DNA from: Bacteroidota bacterium
GTDB lineage: Bacteria > Bacteroidota > Bacteroidia > Flavobacteriales > Flavobacteriaceae
DNA length: 64,000 bases
Reading direction: 5' to 3'
Assembly (NCBI GenBank): GCA_024280635.1
Contig: JAJRPS010000065.1
Coordinates: 12,602-76,601, forward strand
Below, piece after piece: positions 9,303-19,800 of this stretch. Numbering within the stretch: the first letter of the stretch is position 1; each line of letters starts with the position of its first letter. Under the pieces are notes generated by a model. The model was given only the letters and a program-made list of their open reading frames with translations. It ran no database searches and was not told the origin of the DNA. The translations under genes and the position numbers were made by a program.

Positions 9303-9427
9303 ATAAAAGATGAATTTATAACATGATATTATGCCTCAAGTTGCTGTAATAAAAAAAGATATTTTTTACAATAAATTAGTTATAGTTAAATAGCCGTGAC
9401 AAATTGTCATTTTTTATAAAATGGCAA

Positions 9428-9435
9428 TACTTTTG
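9428..9435 (+). promoter_or_regulatory. Bacteroidota -7 box upstream of grpE
   Basis: tacttttg, 42 nt upstream of the grpE ATG. TTG at 9404-9406 is a possible -33 element. Confidence 0.4.
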
Positions 9436-9476
9436 CATACTCGTAAAGGAATAAAAACGATAAAGATTCATTTACC

Positions 9477-10040
9477 ATGAGTGAAAAAGATATAAAAAAC
9501 GAAGAAAACCAAGAGCAAGGAGCAACTTCAGAAACAATGAAAACAGTAGAAAATACAGCTACACCTACTGAAAGTCCTGAAGTAGAATTGCTTAAAGAAG
9601 AGCAATTAGCGAAAGATTTAGCGACAGAAAAAGATAAATTTTTACGCCTTTTTGCAGAATTTGAAAACTACAAGAAAAGAACTTCTAAAGAACGTATGGA
9701 ATTATTTAAAACAGCAAATACGGATGTTATGATGTCAATGTTGCCAGTTTTAGATGATTTTGACAGAGCATGGATAGAAATTTCTAAAAGTAATGATGAA
9801 AATTTAAAAACAGGAGTAGAGTTAATTAGTAATAAATTAAAAACTACTCTTGAAAGTAAAGGATTATCACTTTTAGATGTGCGAAAAGGAGATGCTTTTA
9901 ATGCCGATTTTCACGAAGCAATTACGCAAATACCAGCACCTTCAGATGATATGAAAGGTAAAATTATTGACGTTATAGAAAAAGGCTACAAATTGGGGGA
10001 TAAAATTATCCGCTATCCAAAAGTAGTTATTGGACAATAA
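9477..10040 (+). CDS. grpE: Nucleotide exchange factor GrpE
   Basis: 187 aa; motifs RL.AEFENYKKR and HEAI, with dnaJ immediately downstream. Confidence 0.95.
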   Translation: MSEKDIKNEENQEQGATSETMKTVENTATPTESPEVELLKEEQLAKDLATEKDKFLRLFAEFENYKKRTSKERMELFKTANTDVMMSMLPVLDDFDRAWIEISKSNDENLKTGVELISNKLKTTLESKGLSLLDVRKGDAFNADFHEAITQIPAPSDDMKGKIIDVIEKGYKLGDKIIRYPKVVIGQ

Positions 10041-10079
10041 ATTAACAAATACAATTCTCATTTTTGTGAGATATTAGAT

Positions 10080-11198
10080 ATGGCAAAACAAGATTATTAC
10101 GAAATATTAGGAGTTACTAAAACGGCAACTAAAGTTGAAATTAAAAAAGGTTACCGTAAAATGGCGGTAAAATATCACCCAGATAAAAACCCTGGAGATG
10201 CAGCTGCAGAAGAAAAATTTAAATTGGCAGCAGAGGCCTATGAAGTACTAAGTGACGAAAACAAAAAAGCAAAGTATGATCGTTATGGACATGCTGCTTT
10301 TGAAGGTGGTGGTGCTAGTGGTTTCGGCGGCGGTTTCGGCGGTGGCGGAATGAACATGGATGATATCTTTAGTCAATTTGGAGATATTTTCGGAGGCGGT
10401 GGTTTCGGCGGAGGCGGAAGAAGACAGCGTACCGTAAAAGGAAGTAATCTACGTGTTCGTTTAACCTTAACGCTAGAGGAAATTGCAAACGGTGTAGAGA
10501 AAAAGATAAAAGTAAAACGCAAAAAACAAGCGGCAGGAACTACTTATAAAACCTGCACTACTTGTGATGGGGCAGGACAAGTAATGCGTGTAACCAATAC
10601 TATTTTGGGGCGTATGCAAACTGCAGCAACTTGTCAAACTTGTGGTGGAGCAGGACAACAAATAGATAAAAGAGCACCCGGTACAGATGCACAAGGTTTA
10701 TTACAAGAAGAAGAAACAGTAAGTGTAAAAATACCAGCAGGTGTGGTTGACGGAATGCAATTAAAAGTTTCAGGAAAAGGAAATGATGCTCCTGGAAACG
10801 GAATTGCAGGTGATTTATTAGTGGTTATTCAAGAGGAAGATCATAAATACTTGAAACGAGAAGGAGATAATCTACATTATGATTTATACATTAGTTTTTC
10901 AGAAGCAGTTTTAGGTGTTTCTAAAGAAATTGAAACCGTAACCGGTAAAGTGCGTATAAAGTTAGAACCAGGTATTCAATCAGGTAAAATATTACGTTTG
11001 CGTAATAAAGGTATTCCAAGTATTAATGGCTATGGTAAAGGAGATTTGTTAGTGCATATAAATGTTTGGACACCACAAGAATTAAATAAAGAACAAAAAA
11101 AATTCTTTCAAAACATGGAAAATCATGATCATTTTGCACCCAATCCAAAAGATGATGAAAAATCATTTTTTGAAAAAGTAAAAGATATGTTTTCATAA
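10080..11198 (+). CDS. dnaJ: Molecular chaperone DnaJ
   Basis: J-domain with HPD (KYHPDKN), G/F-rich region, CxxCxGxG motifs and a C-terminal substrate-binding domain. Confidence 0.95.
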   Translation: MAKQDYYEILGVTKTATKVEIKKGYRKMAVKYHPDKNPGDAAAEEKFKLAAEAYEVLSDENKKAKYDRYGHAAFEGGGASGFGGGFGGGGMNMDDIFSQFGDIFGGGGFGGGGRRQRTVKGSNLRVRLTLTLEEIANGVEKKIKVKRKKQAAGTTYKTCTTCDGAGQVMRVTNTILGRMQTAATCQTCGGAGQQIDKRAPGTDAQGLLQEEETVSVKIPAGVVDGMQLKVSGKGNDAPGNGIAGDLLVVIQEEDHKYLKREGDNLHYDLYISFSEAVLGVSKEIETVTGKVRIKLEPGIQSGKILRLRNKGIPSINGYGKGDLLVHINVWTPQELNKEQKKFFQNMENHDHFAPNPKDDEKSFFEKVKDMFS

Positions 11199-11316
11199 CT
11201 AGAATGACAGTATAAACAGTCTTCATGAGGTTTAAAACTTGTGAGGGCTGTTTTTAGTTTAGCGATGTCAGATTTTATTTTTAAAAAATTAAGCCTTTCA
11301 ATCGTTTAATAAATTC

Positions 11317-11324
11317 TAAATTTG
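11317..11324 (+). promoter_or_regulatory. Bacteroidota -7 box upstream of the ABC ATPase
   Basis: taaatttg, about 50 nt upstream of the ATG at 11375. Confidence 0.35.
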
Positions 11325-11374
11325 TGTAAAAGAATTATAAAAAAATAGCTACTTACCAACAAATCAATTTTAAT

Positions 11375-12304
11375 ATGACTAATCTTCTTGTTGCTGAAAA
11401 TATAACCAAATCTTTTGGTGATTATAAGGCATTAAATAATGTATCCTTATCCGTTCCGGAAGGAAGTATCTTTGGGCTTTTGGGACCTAACGGTGCAGGT
11501 AAAACAACATTAATACGCATCATTAATCAAATTACTATGCCAGATGAAGGTCTGGTTACTTTAAGTGGTGAGCCTTTAAAAGCATAACACGTTAAGGATA
11601 TTGGCTATTTACCAGAAGAGCGTGGTTTGTACAAATCTATGAAAGTGGGCGAGCAATGCTTGTATTTAGCACAGTTAAAAGGGTTGTCAAAAAAAGAAGC
11701 AAAAGAGCGTTTAAAGTTTTGGTTTGATCGCTTAGAAATTGGAGATTGGTGGAATAAAAAAATTCAAGAACTATCAAAAGGAATGGCACAAAAAATTCAG
11801 TTTGTGGTTACCGTATTACACGAACCTAAATTGTTGATTTTTGATGAACCTTTTAGTGGATTTGACCCTATAAATGCCAATTTAATTAAAGATGAAATTT
11901 TGCGCTTGCGTGATAATGGTGCAACAGTCATTTTTTCTACCCACCGCATGGAGTCGGTTGAGGAACTGTGTGATCATATTACTTTAATAAATAAATCCAA
12001 CAAAATACTAGATGGGAAATTGATTGATATTAAACGTAACTTTAAATCCAATATTTTTGAAGTAGGGGTGAGTACAAATGATACATCAGCATTAGAAGCA
12101 CTCTTAAAAGATAAGTTTACAATAAGTGACGCTTCGTTTCAATCCATACATGACGATTTAAAATTGAATATAAAAATGCAAGACGGTGGTTTACCTAATG
12201 ATTTGTTATCATTTTTAACCAACCATGGTCAAGTCAATCATTTTTCAGAAGTAATCCCTTCTGCAAGTGATATTTTTATTCAAACCGTTCAAAATAATAA
12301 CTAA
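11375..12304 (+). pseudogene. ABC transporter ATP-binding protein (NatA-like) interrupted by an in-frame TAA
   Basis: ORFs 11375-11587 (Walker A GPNGAGKTT) and 11627-12304 (LSKGMAQK signature, Walker B LLIFDEPFSG) are in the same frame. They are separated only by a TAA at 11585-11587, and read-through gives a contiguous ...GEPLKA*HVKDIGYLPEERGLY. Confidence 0.8.
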
Positions 12305-12315
12305 TTAAAAGTAAA

Positions 12316-13632
12316 ATGAATCACTTACCCTTAATTATAAAGAGAGAATATTTAAATAAAGTCAAAAACAAATCGTTTATCATCATGACTTTTGTAACGC
12401 CCCTAATAGGTGTTGCTATATTTGGATTAATCGCCTTTTTAACTAATTTAAATAAAAATAAAGAACGTGTTATAGATGTTTTGGATGAAGCTGGTTTTGC
12501 AAAAGAATTGTTTGCAGATACTACATCAGGAACAAAATATAACTTTATAAAAGACATTTCTTATTTAGATGCTTTAGAACAAGTAAAAAAAGAAGAAAAA
12601 TATGGATTGCTATACATTCCTAAAGGCGATAGTTTTGAGAAAATTGCTAAAAAAGTAACCTTTCACTCTAAAGAAACCCCATCGTTAGGAATGATATCGG
12701 GAATGGAATCTAAAATAGCAAGAAAGTTAACCAACTTAAACTTAGAAAAACAAGGGCTAAATATAGATAAAATTGCAGCAGCACGTATCCGTTTGGATAT
12801 TTTACAAGAAAGTTTTACAGGCGAAAAAACATCAAAATTTAGTGGCGGTCTAAAACTAATTTTTGGAGGAGCAGCAGGTTATTTACTATTCATGTTTATT
12901 GTCATTTACGGTAACATGATTATGCGAAGTATTATTGAAGAAAAAACAAGCAGAATTATAGAAGTTATCATATCATCTGTAAAACCAATGCAATTGATGT
13001 TAGGTAAAATATTCGGAACTTCATTAGCGGGATTAACACAATTTGTAATATGGGTATTGGTTATCGGATTAATGTCAATAATTGCATCGACCTTTTTAGG
13101 TGTGGACATGACGGAAATGCAAACACCACAACAAGATATGCTAAAAGAGGTAATGAAAAATGGTGACATGCAAGCAAAAGCAGGGGCTATTTTAGCTGAA
13201 ATACGTGCCTTACCAATACTAAATTTAGTCATTATGTTTATCCTATATTTTTCTGGAGGGTTTCTATTATATGCCTCTTTATATGCAGCAATTGGAGCTG
13301 CGGTAGATAATGAAACGGATACACAACAGTTTATGATGCCTATTTTATTACCTTTAATGTTAGCCATCTATGTTGGTTTTTTTACCGTTATAGATGAACC
13401 ACATGGGGTTGTAGCACAAGTATTTTCATACATACCTTTTACATCGCCAGTTGTCATGTTAATGCGTATTCCTTTTGGAGTACCTATTTGGCAACAGTTA
13501 ATTTCAATAGTAATACTATTTGCTACTTTTATTGGTACGGTTTGGTTTGCAGCTAAAATTTATAGAGTCGGTATTTTAATGTATGGTAAAAAACCAAGTT
13601 ATAAAGAAATTTATAAATGGTTGAAATATTAA
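12316..13632 (+). CDS. ABC-2 type transporter permease (NatB-like)
   Basis: 438 aa with an N-terminal TM, a large extracytoplasmic loop, then about 5 C-terminal TMs. Lies directly downstream of the ATPase. Confidence 0.8.
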   Translation: MNHLPLIIKREYLNKVKNKSFIIMTFVTPLIGVAIFGLIAFLTNLNKNKERVIDVLDEAGFAKELFADTTSGTKYNFIKDISYLDALEQVKKEEKYGLLYIPKGDSFEKIAKKVTFHSKETPSLGMISGMESKIARKLTNLNLEKQGLNIDKIAAARIRLDILQESFTGEKTSKFSGGLKLIFGGAAGYLLFMFIVIYGNMIMRSIIEEKTSRIIEVIISSVKPMQLMLGKIFGTSLAGLTQFVIWVLVIGLMSIIASTFLGVDMTEMQTPQQDMLKEVMKNGDMQAKAGAILAEIRALPILNLVIMFILYFSGGFLLYASLYAAIGAAVDNETDTQQFMMPILLPLMLAIYVGFFTVIDEPHGVVAQVFSYIPFTSPVVMLMRIPFGVPIWQQLISIVILFATFIGTVWFAAKIYRVGILMYGKKPSYKEIYKWLKY

Positions 13633-13803
13633 TTGCTTTGCAATTATATAAAAAACGCTGCTAAATGAATAACAGTGTTTTTATCCAAAAAAAACTTACT
13701 TACTATAATTGCTTATAGTATTGTAAATATAAGGTGTAATTAAACCCTACACACTACCCAGTAACTGGGTGTGTTTTATAAATGTCAAATTTTTAAAAAT
13801 AGG

Positions 13804-14631
13804 ATGGAAAAAATAAATACTTTTTTAAATTACGGATTCCAGTTTGGGAAAGACATACATTTTAATGTGAAAACATTAATTGTTGTGGTGCTATTATTTG
13901 TAATTACTTCTTATTTATTGAAATTAATTAAACGAATTGCGGTAAGCCGTTTGGCACCAACTGATAAGCTCAAATTCAATTCAGTATTTTCATTTGCACG
14001 TTATTTCATTTATATTATTGTAATCTTAGTTACATTTGATAATATAGGAATTAATGTAACGACAATATTTGCTGCATCTGCAGCTTTATTAGTAGGTGTA
14101 GGTTTGGCATTACAAACCTTTTTTCAAGATATTATTTCGGGTATTTTTATATTGATAGATCAATCGGTTCATGTAGGTGATATTATAGAGTTGGACGGTA
14201 AAGTTGGGCGTGTAACGGAAATTAAATTACGCACTACACGTGCGGTTACGGTTGATAATAAAGTGTTGATTATCCCTAATCATAAATACCTAACCAACAC
14301 ACTGTATAATTGGACTGAAAACGGTTCTGTTACTCGTGAAAAAATAAAGATAGGTGTTGCGTATGGATCCGATTTAGCATTAGTAGAAAAACTATTGTTG
14401 AAAGCAGCAAATGCTAATAAAAGCATATTAAAACATCCAGAACCTAATGTGTTGTTTACTGATTTTGCAGATAGCGCTTTAATGTTTGAACTCCGTTTTT
14501 CATTGAGTAACAGCTTTATGGCATCTGTGCCACAAAGTGAAATTCGTTTTGAAATAGATAGACTGTTTAAGGAGCATAATATTAAAATTCCGTTCCCTCA
14601 ACGAGAAATTTACGTTCATAAAGAAGAGTAA
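13804..14631 (+). CDS. Mechanosensitive ion channel (MscS family)
   Basis: Three TMs followed by the conserved beta-domain (VHVGDIIELDGKVGRVTEIKLRTTRAVTVDNKVLIIPN). I prefer the ATG at 13804 to the track's GTG at 13771, because that GTG lies inside an upstream hairpin. Confidence 0.85.
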   Translation: MEKINTFLNYGFQFGKDIHFNVKTLIVVVLLFVITSYLLKLIKRIAVSRLAPTDKLKFNSVFSFARYFIYIIVILVTFDNIGINVTTIFAASAALLVGVGLALQTFFQDIISGIFILIDQSVHVGDIIELDGKVGRVTEIKLRTTRAVTVDNKVLIIPNHKYLTNTLYNWTENGSVTREKIKIGVAYGSDLALVEKLLLKAANANKSILKHPEPNVLFTDFADSALMFELRFSLSNSFMASVPQSEIRFEIDRLFKEHNIKIPFPQREIYVHKEE

Positions 14632-14636
14632 TTCGC

Positions 14637-15542
14637 TTAGTTTTTTAAGCTTATCGCTTTTATAATTTCAGAAAAAGGGGTTTTATAATCAAACCACATG
14701 GTTTCGGGGTTGCGTTTAAACCAAGTCATTTGTCTTTTAGCAAAACGACGTGTATTTTTTTTAATTTCGGAAATAGCAAAATCTAGTGTCCATTCATCAT
14801 CTAAATAGTTAAAAAGCTCTTTGTAGCCAACGGTATTTAATGCGTTTAAGTCTTTGTGTGGGAGTAATGATATTACTTCGTCTAACAAGCCGTTTTTCAG
14901 CATCATATCTACCCGTAAATTAATGCGATCGTATAACAATGGTCTATCAGCAGTTAAACCGAGACTAATGGTTTTAAAGTTTCTGCTATTTTTTTTAATA
15001 TTTAAAAAGGAAGAATAAGGTTTTCCACTTGCAATACATATTTCCAAAGCGCGTGATAAGCGTTGCGGATTGTCAATTGCAATTTTAGAATAACTAATAG
15101 GATCTAATGTTTTGAGTTGTTGTTGTAAATCGGCAATACCATTAGTAGCTAACCGCTCAGTAAGTGTGGTTCTAATTTCTGGGGCAACCGTAGGAAAATC
15201 ATCCAAACCATTTACTACAGCGTTAACGTATAAGCCAGAACCACCCACTATAATGACGACATTATTTTTGGTGAAAAGCTGGTCTAGTTTTTCAATAGCA
15301 TCGCGTTCAAAAGTTCCTACATTATAACCTTCAAAAATGGACTGATGCTGAATAAAATGATGTGGCGCTGCTGCCAATTCTTCTTTATCAGGTACTGCAG
15401 TACCAATGGTCATTTCTTTAAAAAATTGACGAGAATCGCATGAAATAATTTCGGCATTGTAATGTTGCGCCAATTGTATACTTAAAGCTGTTTTTCCAAT
15501 TGCCGTTGGTCCAACTATTGATATGAGATAGTTTTGTTTCAA
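14637..15542 (-). CDS. miaA: tRNA dimethylallyltransferase
   Basis: P-loop GPTAIGKT, DSRQ.. motif, and length and layout typical of MiaA. Confidence 0.93.
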   Translation of the reverse strand: MKQNYLISIVGPTAIGKTALSIQLAQHYNAEIISCDSRQFFKEMTIGTAVPDKEELAAAPHHFIQHQSIFEGYNVGTFERDAIEKLDQLFTKNNVVIIVGGSGLYVNAVVNGLDDFPTVAPEIRTTLTERLATNGIADLQQQLKTLDPISYSKIAIDNPQRLSRALEICIASGKPYSSFLNIKKNSRNFKTISLGLTADRPLLYDRINLRVDMMLKNGLLDEVISLLPHKDLNALNTVGYKELFNYLDDEWTLDFAISEIKKNTRRFAKRQMTWFKRNPETMWFDYKTPFSEIIKAISLKN

Positions 15543-15680
15543 AGTATGGTTGTTTTTAAAACTAATTTTTAGAAGATTTAATGTTTAGTGTGATGTTTTA
15601 AAAAAAAACTTCATTTTCAAGTTTATCCGTTAGAAAGAAGCATGTCAGTTCCTTACCTTAGGGAAGGTTAGGATGGGCTC

Positions 15681-16145
15681 TTAAAAGTTTTTCTTAATAC
15701 GAGCTAAATCACGTTTATTATCACGGTCACGTAGCGTATTGCGTTTGTCATGTATTTTTTTACCTCTACACAAAGCTATTTCTAATTTAGCAAAACCTTT
15801 TTCGTTTAAATACAAACGTAACGGTACAATGGTTAACCCTGCAGTATTGACTTCTTTATGTAGTTTTTTTAGTTCTTTTTTATTGAGTAATAGTTTGCGT
15901 TCACGTCTTGCTTGATGGTTAAAATAGGTAGCGTGTGTATATTCATCAATATACATGTTAATCACAAACAATTCCTTTCGGTCATGGTCATTAAACTCAC
16001 AAAAGCTTTCACCAAGAGTAGCTTTTCCTTCTCTAATTGATTTTATTTCGGTACCTACCAATACTATACCAGCTGTATATTTATCTAATATTTCGTACTC
16101 AAAACGTACTTTTTTGTTTTTTATGTTGATTCTTTTTTGTACCAT
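15681..16145 (-). CDS. smpB: SsrA-binding protein SmpB
   Basis: 154 aa; N.KA.FEY and GTEIKS motifs, with a basic C-terminal tail. Confidence 0.95.
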   Translation of the reverse strand: MVQKRINIKNKKVRFEYEILDKYTAGIVLVGTEIKSIREGKATLGESFCEFNDHDRKELFVINMYIDEYTHATYFNHQARRERKLLLNKKELKKLHKEVNTAGLTIVPLRLYLNEKGFAKLEIALCRGKKIHDKRNTLRDRDNKRDLARIKKNF

Positions 16146-16237
16146 AAGGATAGCAAAAATAGTATTTCTTTTGTAAGTATCTTGCTAATTTTTTAAGGAA
16201 TTAACATTTCTTTTAGATTAGAATGACTTAAAATGTT

Positions 16238-16245
16238 TACTTTTG
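16238..16245 (+). promoter_or_regulatory. Bacteroidota -7 box at the head of the metal cluster
   Basis: tacttttg, only 8 nt upstream of the ATG at 16253, implying a very short leader. Confidence 0.45.
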
Positions 16246-16252
16246 TAGTACA

Positions 16253-16675
16253 ATGAAATCTTTTTTTAAAAATATCACTGCCTTTACATTCACTTTTATA
16301 GTGCTTTTGTCTACCGTTTCTTTTACGGTAAGCATGCACTATTGTGGTGATACTTTAGTTGATGCCGCACTATTTGGTAAAGCAGAAAGTTGTGGTATGG
16401 AGGCTATGGAGATGAAAAAGGACATTACTCAAAAATGTTCCATTACTAAAAAAGATTGTTGTAATGAAAAGCAAGTAATCATTAAAGGTCAAGATGATTT
16501 AAAAGTAGATTCTTTCGTCTTTACAGCTACTCAACAGTTGTTTTTTACAGCTTATTTTTACACTTATTTAAATCGTTTTGAAGCAGAAACTACTCAGTTT
16601 ACACCGTTTCAAAATTACATTCCACCACTGGTCGTCAAGGACATCCATAAGCTTGACGAAAGCTATTTGATTTGA
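16253..16675 (+). CDS. Small membrane-anchored Cys-motif protein (HYC / CC / PP motifs), function unknown
   Basis: 140 aa with an N-terminal hydrophobic anchor, then MHYCGD, SCG, KCS, KDCCNE and later IPPL. From memory it resembles the family labelled HYC_CC_PP that precedes CzcA genes in Bacteroidota. Confidence 0.6.
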   Translation: MKSFFKNITAFTFTFIVLLSTVSFTVSMHYCGDTLVDAALFGKAESCGMEAMEMKKDITQKCSITKKDCCNEKQVIIKGQDDLKVDSFVFTATQQLFFTAYFYTYLNRFEAETTQFTPFQNYIPPLVVKDIHKLDESYLI

Positions 16676-16831
16676 TTTTTTTATGATTCCAATTTTTTGT
16701 ATCGGTAGTCTTTTAATACGATATAATGTCGTGTTAGATTTTTTTGTGCTTAAGATTTATCAATCTTAACACCATTTGCATGTTTACTTTCTTGTAATCG
16801 GCATATTATCATAAATAATAAAATCATAGTT

Positions 16832-19800
16832 ATGTTAAATAAAGCAATTAAATATTTAATTGAAAATAAATTAGTAGCGGTATTGTTGTTATTCCTTTTT
16901 GTAGGTTGGGGGATTTCAAATGCACCTTTTAAATGGGATGTAGCAGGCATACCACAAAATCCAGTAGGTGTAGATGCTATTCCTGATATTGGGGAAAATC
17001 AACAAATTGTTTTTACCCGTTGGGCAGGACGGTCACCACAAGATATTGAAGATCAAATTACCTATCCCATGACGACCTCATTGTTGGGGATTCCAGGTGT
17101 AAAAACCATCCGTAGTTCTTCAGCATTTGGGTTTTCATCTATCTATATTATTTTTGAAGAAGATGTAGAGTTTTATTGGAGTAGAAGTCGAATTTTAGAA
17201 AAATTAAATTCCTTGCCAAAAGGATTATTGCCAGAAGGTGTACAGCCTAGTTTAGGGCCAGATGCTACGGGGTTAGGACAAATATATTGGTATACTTTAG
17301 AAGGACGAGACGAGCAAGGTAACGTTACTGGAGGATGGGATTTACATGAGCTGCGTAGTATTCAGGATTACTATGTAAAATATGCGTTGTCATCTGTGTC
17401 GGGAGTTTCGGAAGTGGCTTCTATTGGTGGTTTTGTGCAAGAATATCAAGTAGATATTAATCCAGATGTACTAAAAGAATATAATATTTCCTTAGCACAA
17501 GTAGTCAATGCAGTACGAAAATCAAACAAGGATATTGGTGCGAAAACCATCGAAATTAATCAAGCGGAATACTTGGTTCGTGGTTTGGGATATATAAAAT
17601 CTGTTGAAGATTTAGAAAATGCAGTAGTTACCTCTAATAATTTAACACCCATTTTAATAAAAGATGTCGCCAAGGTATATTTAGGACCTGCACAACGTAG
17701 GGGTATTTTAGACAAAGAAGGTGCTGAGGTTGTAGGTGGAGTAGTAGTAGCACGTTATGGAGCAAATCCGATGGAAGTTATTGGGAATGTGAAAAAACAA
17801 ATTGAAAGCATTAGTTCTGGATTGCCATCAAAAGTATTGGCTGACGGGCGAACATCACAATTAACGATCGTACCTTTTTATGATCGTTCGGAGTTGATAC
17901 AAGAAACATTAGACACTTTAGATGAAGCGCTTACCTTAGAAATCTTAATCACCATTTTCGTAATTGTAATGATGGTTTTTAACTTGCGTGTTTCAGCATT
18001 AATATCAGGATTATTACCCGTAGCGGTTTTAATGGTATTTATAGGTATGAAGTTTTTTGGTGTAGATGCAAATATTGTTGCCTTATCCGGTATTGCTATT
18101 GCAATTGGAACAATGGTAGATGTTGGCGTGATCCTTACCGAAAACATCATCAGGCATTTGGATGAAGATAAAGCGGAAAGAGAAAATTCAGCAGGGATTG
18201 TTCAAACAAACTCAAGAACAATTAATCAAATTGTTTATGATGCGACTAAAGAGGTTTCGGGAGCGATACTTACCGCAGTATCTACCACTATTATTAGTTT
18301 TGTTCCGGTGTTTACCATGATTGGTTCTGAAGGGAAATTATTCCGTCCCTTAGCGGCTACCAAAACCATGGCATTAACGGCATCTGTTATTGTAGCATTA
18401 TTTTTAATACCTCCTTTTGCAGCGTGGTTATTTGGGTGGAAATCACCAAAAAATAAAATAGGAAAATTGCTAAATTTAGGACTAATTGCGTTAGGTGTTT
18501 TTACTATTTTTAAAGGATTTAATATCGGTTTAGCATTAATTGTATTTGGCTTAATAGCGATGTTAAAAAGAGAAGAATTTAAGTTCTCTATTTTTAAATT
18601 TCATTTCTCATTGACTAAAAACATACTCAATGTTATCATTACTGCAATAGTAATTGTATTGCTATTAGCAAAGTATTGGCGTCCATTAGGGGTTGATTTT
18701 ACGCTGCCTTCAAATTTAGTTTTCGTAAGTATTGTTTGTTTTGGTTTATTAGGAGTATTCTACTTATTCCAACGCTATTATGTGCGCATTTTAACCTGGG
18801 CATTGGCAAATAAAATGTTGTTTTTAATTTTACCAATATCGATTGTTTTCTTCGGAATAAAAGTATGGAATAATACGGGTAAAGAATTTATGCCAGCATT
18901 AAATGAAGGGTCTTTTTTACTAATGCCAACCTCAATGCCACATGCAGGAGTAGCAGAAAACAAACGCGTGTTGCAACAATTGGATAGAGCCGTTGCTAGT
19001 ATTCCAGAAATTAAAACGGTTGTAGGAAAATCAGGTAGAGTAGAAAGTGCATTGGATCCAGCACCCTTATCCATGTATGAAAATATCATCATTTATAAAC
19101 CCGAATATAAATTAGATGAAAATGGTAGTCGATTAGAATTTAAAGTAAATGAAGAAGGTTTATTTGAAACTACTTCAGGTAAGTTTATTGAAGCAGGAAC
19201 ACCAATAGATACTAAAAAATTGATTATTGAAGAGGATGGTGAATATTACCGTAACTGGCGAAAATCAATAAAAAATACAGATGATATTTGGAAAGAAATT
19301 GTGCGTGTAACAAAGCTACCAGGAGTAACATCAGCACCTAAGCTACAACCTATAGAAACGCGATTAGTGATGCTACAAACAGGTATGCGAGCACCCATGG
19401 GTATCAAAGTAAAAGGACAAGATTTAAAGCAAATAGAAGCTTTTGGCATTCAATTAGAAAAGGTGTTAAAACAAGTAAAAGGTGTTAAAAAAGAAGCTGT
19501 TTTTGCTGATAGGATTGTAGGTAAACCTTATTTGTTAATTGATATTGATAGACAAAAAATAGCACAATACGGCTTAGCAATAACCGATGTGCAATCAATA
19601 TTAGAAGTAGCAGTTGGTGGTAAATTATTAACACAAACGGTTGAAGGTAGAGAGCGTTATGGTGTACGTGTACGTTACCCGAGAGAATTGCGTAGTAGTC
19701 CATCCGATTTAGAAAACATTTTTGTACCCATTAAAAATGGTAGCCCTATTCCGTTAAAAGAGTTGGTAAACATTAGGTATGAACAAGGTCCGCAAATGAT

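Noticed and set aside
13771-13803. GTG start for the MscS gene and TTG start (49191) for the GlmU-family gene, as given in the track.
   Set aside because: The N-terminal extensions are not family-like. The GTG lies within a hairpin, and downstream ATGs (13804, 49206) give N-termini that fit the families.
16750-16950. 66-aa minus-strand ORF overlapping the czcA start.
   Set aside because: It lies antisense to the pump's N-terminus and promoter region and has no motif. It is likely spurious.
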